Position numbers and translations under genes: made by a program
Shown here: one piece after another, positions 39,781 through 53,034 of the stretch
How positions within the stretch are numbered: the stretch's first letter is position 1
Layout: every line of letters begins with the position of its first letter
The notes under the pieces: model-generated
The model's input: the letters and a program-made list of their open reading frames with translations, nothing else
What the model was told of the DNA's origin: nothing
Database searches by the model: none
Assembly (NCBI RefSeq): GCF_964204645.1
Contig: NC_134026.1
Location: 14,480,150-14,544,149, forward strand
Source: Tubulanus polymorphus
Taxonomy: Eukaryota; Animalia; Nemertea
Direction of reading: 5' to 3'
DNA: 64,000 nt

Positions 39781-42700
39781 ATGGAAGCAAATAAGAAGTA
39801 CTACTGTTCAACATGTGAAATCAATATAGATAAATCTCAAAAAGCAAGACATAATAAAACTAAACCTCACTTAGAGAATAAATTGAAATTAGAATATAAA
39901 GATGATATATTAGAAACTATATTAGATGAATTAAAGAATGAAAATGAAATATACAAATGTGATACATGTAATCAATCATTCAGTGATAAAAGATATTATA
40001 AAGAACATTTAAAATCTAAAAGTCATATTAGAAATATGAATAATGATATTTGAGGTGAAGATTATTTTGATGATGATAATGATAAGAAACAGAAGACAAT
40101 TAAAAGAATAATAGATAAATTAAACAATAAAAGGCCATACATGGAAGATGTTAGAAATTATATTAATTCATTAGATAATAAAAAAGAAATAGAGATAACT
40201 GAAGCATTTAAAAGTGATATTGGTCCATCTGCTATTGAGTTTAAATTTCACAAAGGTAAAACATTAGAAGAAAATAAAAAACATTTAGAAAATATGAGAA
40301 ATATTATAAAAATAATTACTGATGTTGAATACCCTAAAATTAGCATATCGGCTAAAGTTAAATTTATAAAATCTGAAGATAAACCGATGTATAATATAAA
40401 TTCTCATTCACAACATATAATTTCAAAACAACATATAGATGAAAAATTATATAAATGTTATAATGAAGTACAAACTAAAATAGAAGAGAAATATTTTGAA
40501 GGATCTGGTTTAATATTTGATGAAATAATATTTATAACTTTACATGTTTGTAACACAAAATATAATAAGTTAACTAAATCGAAACCAATTGATGAAAATA
40601 ATTTATCATATTATAAAGATGATAATATAAATGGATCAAGTTATATTAAACTACCATGTAAAACTAATGTTGTTATAAATGTACGAAATGAAAATGATAA
40701 ATGTTTTCTATGGACAATAATTAGTTGCTTACATCCAGTTGAAGATTATAAACAACATAGTTTTAGATTAATACATTATAAACCATTTGAAAATAATTAT
40801 AAGAGAGACAATTATCCTGTTAGAATTAAAAATATCCCAAAAAATAGAAAGAGATAATAATTTAAAAATAAATGTATACGATTTAATCAAATAACCAAAA
40901 ACAAAAGGTAATAATATTAAACATTAGAACCTTAATACCTATCAAAAGATTATGATTCAAATGGTGTTATAGATATATTATATTATGAAAATCATTATAT
41001 GTGGATTAAAAGAATTGATTTATTTTTCAAATCAGAAAATGATCACCATAAAATATATCTATGTAGAAAATGTATAACTAAATTCAGAAATGAAAGTGCA
41101 TTATTAAATCATAAACAATTATGTGAAAATCATGATTATTGTAAAATAGTTTACCAAATGAAAAGGATAAAATATTATAATTCAAAAAACATGATTACAA
41201 GAATAAGGTACCATTTGTAATATATGGAGATTTTGAATCATTAAATAAAGAATTAACTGACCGAGATAGAAAAGAAATATATTATAAAAGAAAGAAATTA
41301 AATTCTAATTCTAATGATGTAATTGATTATTCAGATCCTCTAATAACAAATACTATTAAAAAGATTCACCAAAGTGCTGCAGCTTTCGGGTTATATATTA
41401 AATCTGATTATCCAGAACTAATCAAAAATGAATATTAGTATTATAGAAACTAAAATGTCATCAATCATTTTTGTGACTTATTAATTGAATATGAAATCAA
41501 ATTTAGTAAACTATTAGATACAAATATAGAAATTATAATGACAGAAGAAGATAAAGAAGAATTTGAGTTTGTAGATAAATGTTACTATTGTGAAAAGATA
41601 TTTAATTTTAAAGATAAAAGAGTTAGAGATCATGATCATTTGAATGGTAAATTTAGAGGTGCGGCACATGAGAATTGTAACTTACAAGCTAAGAAAATTA
41701 ACTTTGTTTCAGTAATATTTCATAATTTATCAGGGTATGATGCTCATTTATTTATCAAACAGCTGTGTCATAAAAAAGAAGAAATCAATAATGAAATTGA
41801 AAGATTAAATTCAAATAGATCAAAAGATAAAATACCAACTTATAAATTTAAAATGTTAGCTAAAACCTCTGAAAATTATATATCTTTCTAATTTGGATGT
41901 CTAAGATTTATAGATTCATATAGATTTTTAAGCAGTTCATTAGATGATTTATCAAAATCAATAGTTGATGATGAATTAAAAATATTAAAACAACATTATC
42001 CAAATAAGGATGATTTTCAATTAAAGAGATATAAAGGCGCAATTCCATATTCACTTTATAAATCACATAATGATTTCAATATAACTGAATTATTAAAAGA
42101 ACAATTCTAAGATGAATTAAGATCCGAATATGTTAAAGATGAAGTATATAATAGAACATTGAATATTTGGAATCATTTCAAATTAGAAAATCATGGAGAA
42201 TTAGTAGATTCATATTTAAAATCAGATGTATTATTATTAACTGATATACTTGAAAGGTTTAGAGATGTAAATCTAAAATATTTTAATATTGATCCATGTC
42301 ATTGTTATTCATCACCAGGTTTAACTTGGGATTGTGGTTTAAAATTTACAGATATAAAAATGGATTTTTTAACAAATATAGATCAACTATTATTATTTGA
42401 AAAATCTATAAGAGGAGGAGTTTCAGGTGTATTAGGAGATAGATATTTCAATGTAAATGATAACCCTGGATATAAATTATTATATATAGATGCAAATAAT
42501 CTATATGGTTGGGCAATGATGGAACCACAACCTTTTGGAGATTTTGATATTAACTGAAGTTTTACAGTATGAAAATAATGATAAATTTGATTGGAAGAAA
42601 AGAATTCTAGATATTGCAGATGATTCAGAGACTGGTTACTTCTTCGTTGTAGACTTGGAATATCCCGAAGATAAAAAATTTAAATCTAGAAATCTAGCAT

Positions 42701-43816
42701 ACTGTCCCGAACATAAAACTGTTACGCATGAAGAATTATCAAAGTATCAAAAAAGAATTAAACCTGAAAATCATATTCATACAGAAAAGTTGATGGTAAC
42801 TCAAGAAGATAAATATAATTATGTAGTACATTATAGAATTTTAAAATTCTATTTGTATCAAGGAATGATTCTAAAAATAGTACATAGATATATTTCATTC
42901 AGTCAATCTAAATGGTTAGAAAAATATATAGATTTTAATACCAAACAGAGAACTAAAGCTAAAATTGATTTCGAGAAAGATTTTTTCAAGTTAATGAACA
43001 ATGCATTCTATGGTAAGACTTGTGAGAATATTAGAAATGGAAATTATAGTGAATTAGTTGGTAATGGTAGAAGAATTAGACATTTACAAACATATCCTAA
43101 ATTCATTGGTAACAGAATATTTGATGAAAATTTAGCCGCAGTTAAAATGAGAAGAACTTCTATGAAATTTAATAAACCAATTTATGTTAGTGCTTCAGTT
43201 TTAGAAATATCAAAGTTACTAATGTATGAATTCTATTATAACGTATTACAACCACATTTTGGAGAAAAGCATATAGAAATCTTATATTTTGATACAGATT
43301 CTTACATATTAAAGATTAAAACTGATAATCTAACAAATGATTTGGAAACATTAAAACATTATTTCGACTTTAGTAATTATCCTGAAGATCATGAATTGTT
43401 TAACAATGATAATAAAAAGGAGCCCGGTAAATTCAAAGATGAATTAGGTGGTGAAGAAATGATAGAGTTCATTGGAATTCGATCTGAAATGTATAGTTAT
43501 AAAACCAAAACTCATGAAGCTAAAAAGTTAAAAGAAATAACCAAAAGTGTAGTAGAAAAGAATATTCATTTCAAAGATTACATCAATTGTAAATTTAATG
43601 AAGAAGTTAGAAAACATAAGATGAAATGTTTAAGATCAGAAGATGAAATGTTGATTGAAGAAATGGAAAAAATAAGTTCCATTCGATGATAAAAGATATA
43701 TTCTGGATGATGGTATACACACAGTCGCTTATGGTTGTAATTTAGATGAATACTTAAAGTTCAAAAGAGAAGAGACAAAAGAGAATGAGATTATTAAAAG
43801 AATTCTAGCATGTTAA
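39781..43816 (+). pseudogene. Full-length but disrupted protein-primed-type family B DNA polymerase (zinc fingers, endonuclease VII-like insert, PolB)
   Basis: C2H2 fingers, Exo I YGDFES, CYYC..RDHDHLNGKFRGAAHENCN, HNLSGYDAH, YIDANNLYGWAM, KLMNNAFYGK, YFDTDS and PGKFKDE. Several stops and frameshifts. Confidence 0.93.
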
Positions 43817-43845
43817 TCCAATTCTAATAAAAATATGTATTATAA

Positions 43846-44194
43846 ATGGAGAGTAAATAAGTACACAGTGAGAACAACAAATCATCTCTAGATAGAATCA
43901 AAGATATCACAAATGCTTACTCTGTAGATTATAAATTTAAGAAGTTAAATGAATTAACAATTCATAAGAAATATTTAATTACAAATATTGATACAGTTTC
44001 TAACAAATATAGAGATAAATTAGTTATTCACTTAGAATGTGAAGGATTAAAAGGAAATACATATAAATTCAGAGCATATTTACCAGATTTCATAGATTAT
44101 CAAGTGAAGATTTAGAAGAATCATGTTCGGGTGATTTCTATTTTATATACAAAGGTAAGAATGAAAAATGGCACCATGATATAGATTTTGAATA
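43846..44194 (+). pseudogene. orfS, a ~115-aa small beta-rich protein always next to PolB
   Basis: FKKLNELTIHKKYLITNI..KY.DKLVIHLE..FRAYLP..FYFIYKG. Four copies in the window. Confidence 0.55.
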
Positions 44195-44980
44195 AGAAAA
44201 TATGTTAAATAAATGGTAGAATTAAAAGAATATAGAATATTTGTTGATTCAAGAAGAGTTACAAATTATAAATCACATAATTTACTTGTACAATTAGATA
44301 GAGAATTTAAAAATTGTGTTGATTTAAAATTAGTTAACGTAAGTTTATGTAATTCTTTTTATAATATATCGGGTAAATCTTTTGAACATAGAGCCTTTTT
44401 AATTTTTGATAAAAATAAAGATGAATGGTCCTATATATATATTCAAAACTGGGGTTATATAATTTATATACATTATCGCAAGAAATTAATAGAAAAGCCT
44501 GGCACAAGTTAGGTAGTAATTCCGGGTTTAGTATTAGATTTTTCAAAAGTGAGAGCTCAGATAGAATAAAGATAAGGTTGTCTAATAGTGAAAAATATAA
44601 ATTTATGGTAAAAAACCTATAGCTAAACTGATGGGAATTCCTCCAGATAGATCTTTTCCAAATATTGATGCTACACCAAACTTAATACCTTACACGCATT
44701 TTTATATTTATTGCAATTTAATTGATCCTACAAAGACATTCGGAGCAACTAAAGATATAACTTGTAATTCTAGTATATCAAATATTTTACCATTGAAGAA
44801 TGTTACAGAATTTTGAATGCATTAAATTATAATTTAACATGTGATTTTAAGCCTTGTATTTCACGATTTAATAATTTCAGATTAGAAGTAAGAAATCATA
44901 ATGGATATTTAATTAATTTAAATTTTCCTGTAATTTATGAATTAGTTATAAGATGTAAAGAGTAATTTTTTCACTATATA

Positions 44981-47270
44981 CTGTTTTGCAGAACCCGGAA
45001 CAATCGAAGTGGGGGGTGGACTTGGTAACTTAGACGGCTGGGCCATGACTTTCCTGCAAATAACACATCTTTTGACACAGTGTTTAACATATTGCCGTAT
45101 CTGTGGAATCTACACTCTTTCACGAATTTTCGCTACGGTAGCATTAATGCCAAAATGTAAGACATCAAGATGTGCCTTATGAACGATCAAACGAGCTAAA
45201 CTAGAATCATTGTGCTTGAGAACTGGATTTTTACATTCAAAACTGAGATCTGCATTTTGGATGCGACCTTTGCATCTTATCAAACCTTAGGACTCTAGAA
45301 ATAATTGAAGTTGACTAACTATAGGAAGTTTCTTGTTCGAAATTCCTTTCAAACGATCAATAACTTCAGCGAAGTACTTCATCTGACAATTTGTAAACCA
45401 GTAGCCTTCAGCATTTTCAATTTCTGACCTCGATAAATATGCGAGAAGCGATTACTCTTATCACCACGTAAATTTTTTGCATAACGTCTGACGTATGCAG
45501 CGATTCTATGCAACTGCGATGATGACGAAAATACGTTTATACCTATAACGTCGACCGCTTGCGGATCGCGTTCTCGTACCATTGAATTGTCAGTTGAAGT
45601 TTTAACTACTGATAATATATCAACATTAGGCTGAGTAGGTTGGTCATTTTTGTTGTCTAACCACGGTGGGCCTGTAAACCACAGATCATTTTTTTTTAAA
45701 TCGTTAAGTGACAAACCGCGGGTTAGACAAATCCGCCGGGTTTTCTGCTGAAGGACAATAGTTCCAATTCTCAATTAATGTCAACTTATGAATCTCACTA
45801 GTTCGATTATTCACAAAAGTGGATGATTGGAAAGTGGATGATTGTCGTTCTGATCTAATCCACCCTGACACTATTTGGCTATCCGACCACATGTTAGGAG
45901 GTAATTTCTTCTCTAGAGCTACTTCATCTGCAGAGCGAATGTGATTGCACAACCTTGCTGCAACATTTGCCGCCATTATTCTATTTTTGGAATTGTTAGA
46001 CTCTTTATTGGTGCAACGCGAGATTTTGCAACAACAAACGTCATAATTCAGATAAACAGACGCACCATAGGCTTTGCTACTCGCGTCGCAAAACAAATGT
46101 GACTCAGATTTATCATAACAGGTTAGAATTCTACGAGGTATCGTCAAAATTATGGATCGTACGGTCACTGGTGTAAGAATACCAATTGGATCGAATACCG
46201 TTGCTGACTTTTTGAGTATAAGCCGTTTAGTAATAGGCGAATCGCTTATGATCTGACGTAATGGGAATTTCAGAACATCTTGATCTACATTTCACATCAA
46301 TGCTAGAACGTTTACATCTCTACATGGTTCCAAAATGTCATCATTTATGGCTGATTTATTCAACACTTCTGAATTCGAGGACCAGCACCGAAAAATGAAA
46401 TTCGCGGCGGATTTCTACGAACGACACGATTGGTGAAAATTCACAATATCCGACTGTGACATTAAATTCGTTATCACATTATTGACCTAACAATCTCGAG
46501 AAATCTGACCAAAATATGGTTTATCTGAATTGTTTAAGTGGTACAGCAGAGTGCTATTTAACATAAATGGGCTGCACGTAGCGCCAAACAAAACTCTTTT
46601 GAATCTGAGAACGTCTAACGGAGCTTTAAGATCAGACAAATCAATTAACCAGAAGAAACTAGTTGCATCCCGATCAGCTTCACGTTAGGCTGCGTGAAGA
46701 AAAGCCTCTCTATACCAGTTGCACCACAGTAATCAAATAAACAAAATATATATATTATTGACGTTATATCGCTGAGTGATGCAGGACCTGATTCTAAACA
46801 GTCATTCAGGCTTAGCGAGTTTTTAGACTGTCGACAACTACAGTTGAAAACAATGCGTATCGGGGTTATTGCCGACTGCCTAAACACTGCATGATGAGGT
46901 ATATAATGTTCTACTCCTGAAACGATTTCTGGATCTGGTACCTTTTCGATAAACTCCTGTTCGAGTTTATACTTAATGATACCGTGGTATTTACTGAGTA
47001 CTGGTGATTTTGACAATCTCTTAATGAGAGAATGTGTAGTAGAAATAGCAATACCGTGGTTGGTGGGTAATATCCCGTGATCTAGTTTCCAAGGAGGTTT
47101 TGCGTAATATATACGGACTCCATTCTCGATTGAGTTAGCGAAATAATTCTCCAAAAACGAATTCGTAGTTTCCGTCGGTGGTTCAATACCCAAATTTTCC
47201 AAAGACCAGAAATTTCGTAAATCCATGATATCATTATGAGTAAGAACATGTAACATAGTGGATCTGGAAT
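44981..47270 (-). mobile_element. Decayed BEL/Pao LTR retrotransposon pol
   Basis: FWSLENLGI, HYIPHHAV..RIVFNCS..LNDCL (Pao RT), HLFCDASSKAYG (RNase H), ENPAD..RG, LWFTGPPWL, and an integrase zinc-finger region. Confidence 0.9.
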
Positions 47271-47459
47271 GGTCGTGCACGGGGCGGGTTCGAATCCCAC
47301 AATGCCTGTGTCGGCCTGTTTACTGGAGTGCGGCGCTTCTTTGAGAATGCGTTCTTCGCACCACAGTGTGAACAAATAAAAATTCGAACCAATAAAATTA
47401 ATAAATCACAAGTAATAAAAGCTCGACACAATAATTAATCAATACGGTTTCGGCACCAG

Positions 47460-47706
47460 TGATACACCGGTCACAATCCTCTCTTTAATCGTTATCTATA
47501 AAATACACGAGTAAGGCCCTGGCGAGAGAACGTGTCCGTGCACAAATCCGAATGAATAAATTGAAATACCGGATGATAATCATGAAGATAATATATTTTA
47601 TTTACCTTGAACAAAGAATGATTTTCCTAATCCCTATTGTATATGAATCCATATCGTTCCGAAGCTTCTCCTGTCCTGCTGTCGACACTCGTCTTACTAA
47701 GGTACA
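47460..47706 (-). repeat. Putative 247-bp LTR (TGT...TCA)
   Basis: On the minus strand it is preceded by the polypurine tract GAGAGAGAGGGGAGAA, has ATTAAA near its end, and is followed by TGGTGCCGAAACC (complement of the tRNA-Phe 3' end, a PBS). No second copy was found. Confidence 0.55.
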
Positions 47707-50524
47707 GATTCTCCCCTCTCTCTCGATAGCGGCCCCCTTTTGTAGAAAGAACCGGCATTCTCAGAATTCCGATTCTCCCACGCAGGGTCTTCCGCTTTTT
47801 GGCAAGGAGCAGCTACCCAATTGTCATGACCGTTTTTAGTTACGGAAAATTTAGCCCTACTGATTTGCTGATCTAAAGGTTTTTTAGAAACTGATTTGCT
47901 GATATAAACTTTTTCTTCCAACCCTCCTGTCATGACGCGTTGTGATTTACTCACTCCTTGCTAATCGTTGTTAAGAGAGCAGCTATTGTCTGTGAATTAC
48001 CAACGAGCGCATACAGACAACAGAAACTTCAGACAGCTAGTTTTAACATTTAACACAAATTACTGTTTCTAAAACATTAGCGATTATTAACAATTTGTTC
48101 TTAAACAACATCTAGATTACTCAAATTAAATATCTTTTCAAAACGTTGTTTTCTTTTCTAATTACAGTACAAATTCATCGTTTCTTTTTTAATTATTATA
48201 ATTAACTACGATTCGGAATACATTGTGATTGATTATCAATTCTTAAATTATTTGAAATACTTATACTAATTATTTTATCTACAATTTAACTAATTCTATT
48301 TTAATACAGGATAAGCAAAACAACCACATCTTCCTAAACTTCCGGTTTTTCCTTTTACGGAAAGTAGCCGGGAATATCATCAAGTATCAGCGTGATCCCT
48401 TCACGAGCCTCATTATAAATACACTCCATTGTTCCTACCCAACCAAATATGGTTCCAACTATTTAAAAGTTTTATATAAAGATTTTCTGAATGTTTGCCA
48501 GATCTCACAGCAGAAGAACCGAGAAAGAATTGTTATTTATAGACTGATTTATGGTTTGCGTTGGTAGATGAAAGCATCAAACAAGAACTTTTGTAATTCT
48601 TACTACTTGTACGTTCTTGTCTGACGGCTTTAACGTAACCCCCACGCATACGGAAACAACATTAAGAACATTTCTAAATACTAAGAAACATTTTCAAATA
48701 CTACGAAAATCTAGCTGTGGATTAACACTCCCTATCCAGTTTAAATTTCGTCCCGAAATTTTGAATTTAAACCAACTCGTGAATATCCCGCTGATACCTC
48801 TAGAACAAATCCTGAAAAAGAACATTAGTAAACAATTCATTATAACGAGTAACTATTTCTTAGAGTTCGACACTACAACGCATATTAAAGTTCATGATAT
48901 AGTTTATCATAAAACCGCATTTAAAGTTCTGGATACCCAATCGGAAAAAAGTTCATTCGAGACCGCTGTCCCGCACACTAAACAGTCGAAAGTTAAGCAC
49001 AGAACAGTTCACAGCTTGAGTTTAGAATTTACCGCGAAGTGACGCAACAGCTACCAGACACAACAAGGTACGTCATGGACGGACGAATGACGTCATCCAC
49101 CGCAGTTCCCGCAACTCATACCGCTAAATCGTTCAGTACGGCAATCCGCATTCTTTCTTTACTAATACACGCTCACTGGTACACATAGACGTTACAGTTC
49201 TATGGTGAATATCGGAGTCCTTTCTCCACAGCTAGTATATAACAGTAATGCATTCGCATCTTACGGCTTGAGCGAACAACATTCCATCGAATGTTAATGT
49301 AACTACACGGGAGCCATCTTGAACACACTCGGCTTTACTCCACTAAAATGTCTACGGAAATTATCACTTTTCTTCATATTTCGTATCGCATTGGCCAGGT
49401 GTCTTTGTCCACCCTTCATCACTTAAGTTTGTCAGTATATAACAGGTCTTCGAGAGTGACAAACACCACTAACAATGGCCAGAATCGCATGACTAATCAT
49501 CGAGCATGATTCCATCCCGTTGAAACGGCAACGCCCTAGATCGTTGTTGTAGGCTGTATATAGTTGTTCCTTTTTCCTCGTTAATTGACGAATCGGTGAA
49601 TTAATATCACCCATCTCGGCCAGAGCATACCAGTTGCTGGTTTTTCAAACTATCAGTTGCGTCGAATAGAGTTTCAGGATACCTCCCAACAAGTCCCCAT
49701 CTCCATATGGTCACTATCAGGGGGGTACCCATCAACATCTATTGCGGTTGACAGAAGAAGGCATTCTTCCATCTTAGTGCTATCGTATCTTCGGCGGTCT
49801 CATTCCAACACATCCGATACGGGTATCCTACAATTAATATCATAATAATACAGAGATTATTCAAATATATATGAACAAACAGTATTTATTCAAACAGTAT
49901 TTGTTTTATTGTTATTATTAACAATAACTTCTTTTTTTTCGCAATGATAATTAATGACTTTTCTTTAAACTATCGATGATAAGTACCGGATACTTTAATA
50001 GTCAGGCTAAAGCCGATGTCATGTCAATTACAATTATTAATATCAGCAATTGTCACGATTATCCTTATTTCTGTAAATCATGACCAGGCCATGAGTTCAC
50101 TCACTGGCGAACTAAGTATTATGATACTAAATTTTCATATTTCTTATGTAATGATATCTTAATCACTTACTATAAATCAAAACTTTCCGATAATTCAACA
50201 GGACATACGCATCCTGATTCAACTATTAATTAGATTATATTTACGACTAATAATACGACTAATTCAATTTTGACACGGAGCGCACCCGGGCGCCCTCGTC
50301 ATAATATTTAAATTTTAATTTCAATACAAATATGGATACAGTCTACTGGTATCAGCCAACATAGAATTCCTGGGAATTCCTACCGAATAATCCGGAGGCA
50401 ACAGCCCATCACCAGGAGGAGCTGTGAGTGCCAGTACACCGGGCCCACGTTCAGTCTGGGCCTCATCATCTATTACTACGATCTCGGGCTCCACTGACGA
50501 AACTGTCAGCTGAGTCGCTTCTCG

Positions 50525-52975
50525 TTATTCAGTACTAAAAGAACGATACACCGCGACAACCACAACCTTACTCGGAACCGATACGAGCTGTCTCATTGTG
50601 AAGAGACTAACCCGTAGGGGCACCGAGCAAGCAGTCGGCAGATTGTACATCGTTCCCTGCGAACAAGTCAGTTGCTTAGCCTGCCAGGTTAAGTTCAAGA
50701 GGGCGACTCCACAAATGACTCGTAACGCGACTTTAGTGAGAGCTGGAGGCTCAAAACGACATCTCGTTTCGCAACCGGACAATGTTAGTAGTGGCAAGTC
50801 CAGTGTCTGAATTCCATTCTTAAGTCTTATGGCTAACCTAACCGGATATTTCCCCGGTGAACAAGGTGCAGGCAAGCAGTGTCGGCACCTGTAGCAAATA
50901 GCACGCAATAAAGGCCTGAACACAATTATAACGATGCCCACTACAATAACTAAGAACAGGACGACATCGACGCGCACATTTTTAGCCATGACAACTTCCC
51001 GAATGACTGTAGTATTCCAGCCCTCTCGCTGTAAATCATGAATAGCGGGGTGAACAGTCACCATGGCCTCAGCGGTCGGAAGAAGTCCTGCTCCCAGAAT
51101 TGATAAGGATCCTTGCGACTTAAGTAAAACAAATATCGAGAGCAACATGCTGCCCGCCGAGAGACCAATAGCAAGCAAAGTGAGCCACCCTGTACCGGTT
51201 CCAGACGAAATAACAGGTTCAGAATGATCAAATAAAGCGTCTGCTTGCGATCGGTACTGTTTAGCGTCAGTTTGAACGGTTCTTGCTAACTTTTTGAAAT
51301 CCATGCTAAATTTAGTGTCCACCGCAGCCACTTTTGACCAGTTATTAGCCTTGAAATCCAGACTGGGCAGCGGTGCGTATGGCGTTCCCTGGAACATTGT
51401 TGCTCCAGTAACGTTGGACACTACATTCTTTGAAAAGAAACTATGTAGGACCGGTAAGTTAACAGCGTGCGCAATGGTCACCGTGTCTTTGTTAATACAT
51501 TTGTTAATTCTACCGGGCACAAAAAATTTTGATCCACGCAATGCACATGCACACCGAATTTTTACCAAACAAAAACGACATGCTTTTATTGCTTTTGGTG
51601 ACTTGCCAGGGCAGGCGAGAGTCCAAAAATCGTCAGTGCCTGAAACAACAAAGTAGCCATCCCCTACGTCGACTGCCAGTTCGGCCAGGCCCTGGACTTC
51701 ATACCGTATGTAGCATAACGCTAGCACCTGTGAGGGTTTGTCGAAGAATATACTACTAAGGCAAGATTCCACGGTTATTTCGCGCATGGACACGCGCTGC
51801 CGGCAAGTCATCACGTCGGTACCATGACAAGTAGCAAATATATCGTGACCCATTTCAGTGTAGTAACTACCGTCCCTAGTAGCGCCAAAATAAGGGGCTG
51901 TACCAACAATCATTGAAGTGTTATAGGACGTTGCGTTTATTGGCACTGGCATCAAGACAACCGAGTATAAATCAAAATATGTCTGAGTAGATTGCAAGGG
52001 GATTTTGATCGATATGTAAACAAATTTATCGGTCTTAGTAAAGCACACATCCTTAACTATGTAATAATAGCCTACATCCCTATTAGCTATTGAAAACCCA
52101 GAATGCGTCCTATTTAATTTTTCGGACACATCGTCAAGAACCTTCGAAACCATTTTTGGATTAACCAGGGCTCTAGGCAAATATCCCTCCAATAACTTTT
52201 CAACCCCCTGCAACCACTCACTGGAAACTGCCGTCAGTCGTTCTACTAGGATGATATTTCTTATTGTCATGTCAGACGCTAATGCTAGCATACTCGCATC
52301 GACACTTTGCTTTAGCAGTGTCGCTCGAATTGATTTAAGTTCTTTTGAATTGGCCACGTATGCAGAGGTCAGGCTGCTGATTCGTTTGTCAGTCGCATTA
52401 ATAAATGAAGAGAGTGTCCCCTGTATGTGGGTGATTTGATCCGAATTTAACTTGACTATTTTCTCAACTTTTTCGACATGATTTTCTACTTGCTGAACTT
52501 CATCTTCGGTAGCAGTACCGAACAAGGAAGACGAAATGGATCCGATAAATGAAAGTGGTGCACGTTTGACCCTGCGCCCACTGGCGTGTCGTTTCTTTCG
52601 TGAGTCGGTATCTGCAGCATCAGGTTTCATTTGTCTCATATCAGCCAATTGTCCCCTGATATGGGTCAACGTGTCTAACTGTAGGCGATGCGCCTCACGA
52701 AACATTTCCAAATAGCCGGAGCAGTGAGAACGAAGTTCTGGCTGGACAAGAGAACAGCGTAGCCGCAAGCCTTTACTCGGGGGGTCATTAACAACTAGCC
52801 ATGGTATAGCGAACGTGTGAAACCAGGCACTGTCGCCATTATGGACTCTTCCAATCCGATGAAAGGCGACACCATAGTTTGGCCTCAAGACCGTCGAGGG
52901 CATCAGACAATAGGCCGACGACCATATGGCCACCAAGATTACGACAATTAGCATCCTGAAAAATAGGGATAGCAA
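50525..52975 (-). CDS. env: Envelope/fusion glycoprotein (class I, baculovirus-F/errantivirus-like), 816-aa open frame
   Basis: Signal peptide, furin sites RKKR and RVKR followed by a fusion-peptide-like APLSFIGSISSSLFGTAT, heptad region, Cys-rich domain, and two C-terminal hydrophobic segments. Confidence 0.85.
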   Translation of the reverse strand: MLSLFFRMLIVVILVAIWSSAYCLMPSTVLRPNYGVAFHRIGRVHNGDSAWFHTFAIPWLVVNDPPSKGLRLRCSLVQPELRSHCSGYLEMFREAHRLQLDTLTHIRGQLADMRQMKPDAADTDSRKKRHASGRRVKRAPLSFIGSISSSLFGTATEDEVQQVENHVEKVEKIVKLNSDQITHIQGTLSSFINATDKRISSLTSAYVANSKELKSIRATLLKQSVDASMLALASDMTIRNIILVERLTAVSSEWLQGVEKLLEGYLPRALVNPKMVSKVLDDVSEKLNRTHSGFSIANRDVGYYYIVKDVCFTKTDKFVYISIKIPLQSTQTYFDLYSVVLMPVPINATSYNTSMIVGTAPYFGATRDGSYYTEMGHDIFATCHGTDVMTCRQRVSMREITVESCLSSIFFDKPSQVLALCYIRYEVQGLAELAVDVGDGYFVVSGTDDFWTLACPGKSPKAIKACRFCLVKIRCACALRGSKFFVPGRINKCINKDTVTIAHAVNLPVLHSFFSKNVVSNVTGATMFQGTPYAPLPSLDFKANNWSKVAAVDTKFSMDFKKLARTVQTDAKQYRSQADALFDHSEPVISSGTGTGWLTLLAIGLSAGSMLLSIFVLLKSQGSLSILGAGLLPTAEAMVTVHPAIHDLQREGWNTTVIREVVMAKNVRVDVVLFLVIVVGIVIIVFRPLLRAICYRCRHCLPAPCSPGKYPVRLAIRLKNGIQTLDLPLLTLSGCETRCRFEPPALTKVALRVICGVALLNLTWQAKQLTCSQGTMYNLPTACSVPLRVSLFTMRQLVSVPSKVVVVAVYRSFSTE

Positions 52976-53034
52976 GAATCAGTAATCTCGAAACCACGTA
53001 CTAGTCGTCTCTTTCTCGACGTCTCTTCTTATTT

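Larger units (their letters stand above)
39588..44980 (+). mobile_element. Polinton-like copy: hairpin, pPolB, orfS, penton-like gene; truncated by BEL sequence
   Basis: Starts with AGTAAT at an unrelated flank. PolB spans 39781-43816, orfS 43846-44194 and the penton-like gene 44213-44965. Confidence 0.9.

Noticed and set aside
39588-44980. Bacterial phage or contaminant origin of the PolB segments
   Set aside because: The copies are interleaved with spliced host exons and nested eukaryotic transposons, and no consistent Shine-Dalgarno signal precedes the starts.
48617-49042. 141-aa ORF
   Set aside because: Non-ATG start, no motif and no paralogue in the window.
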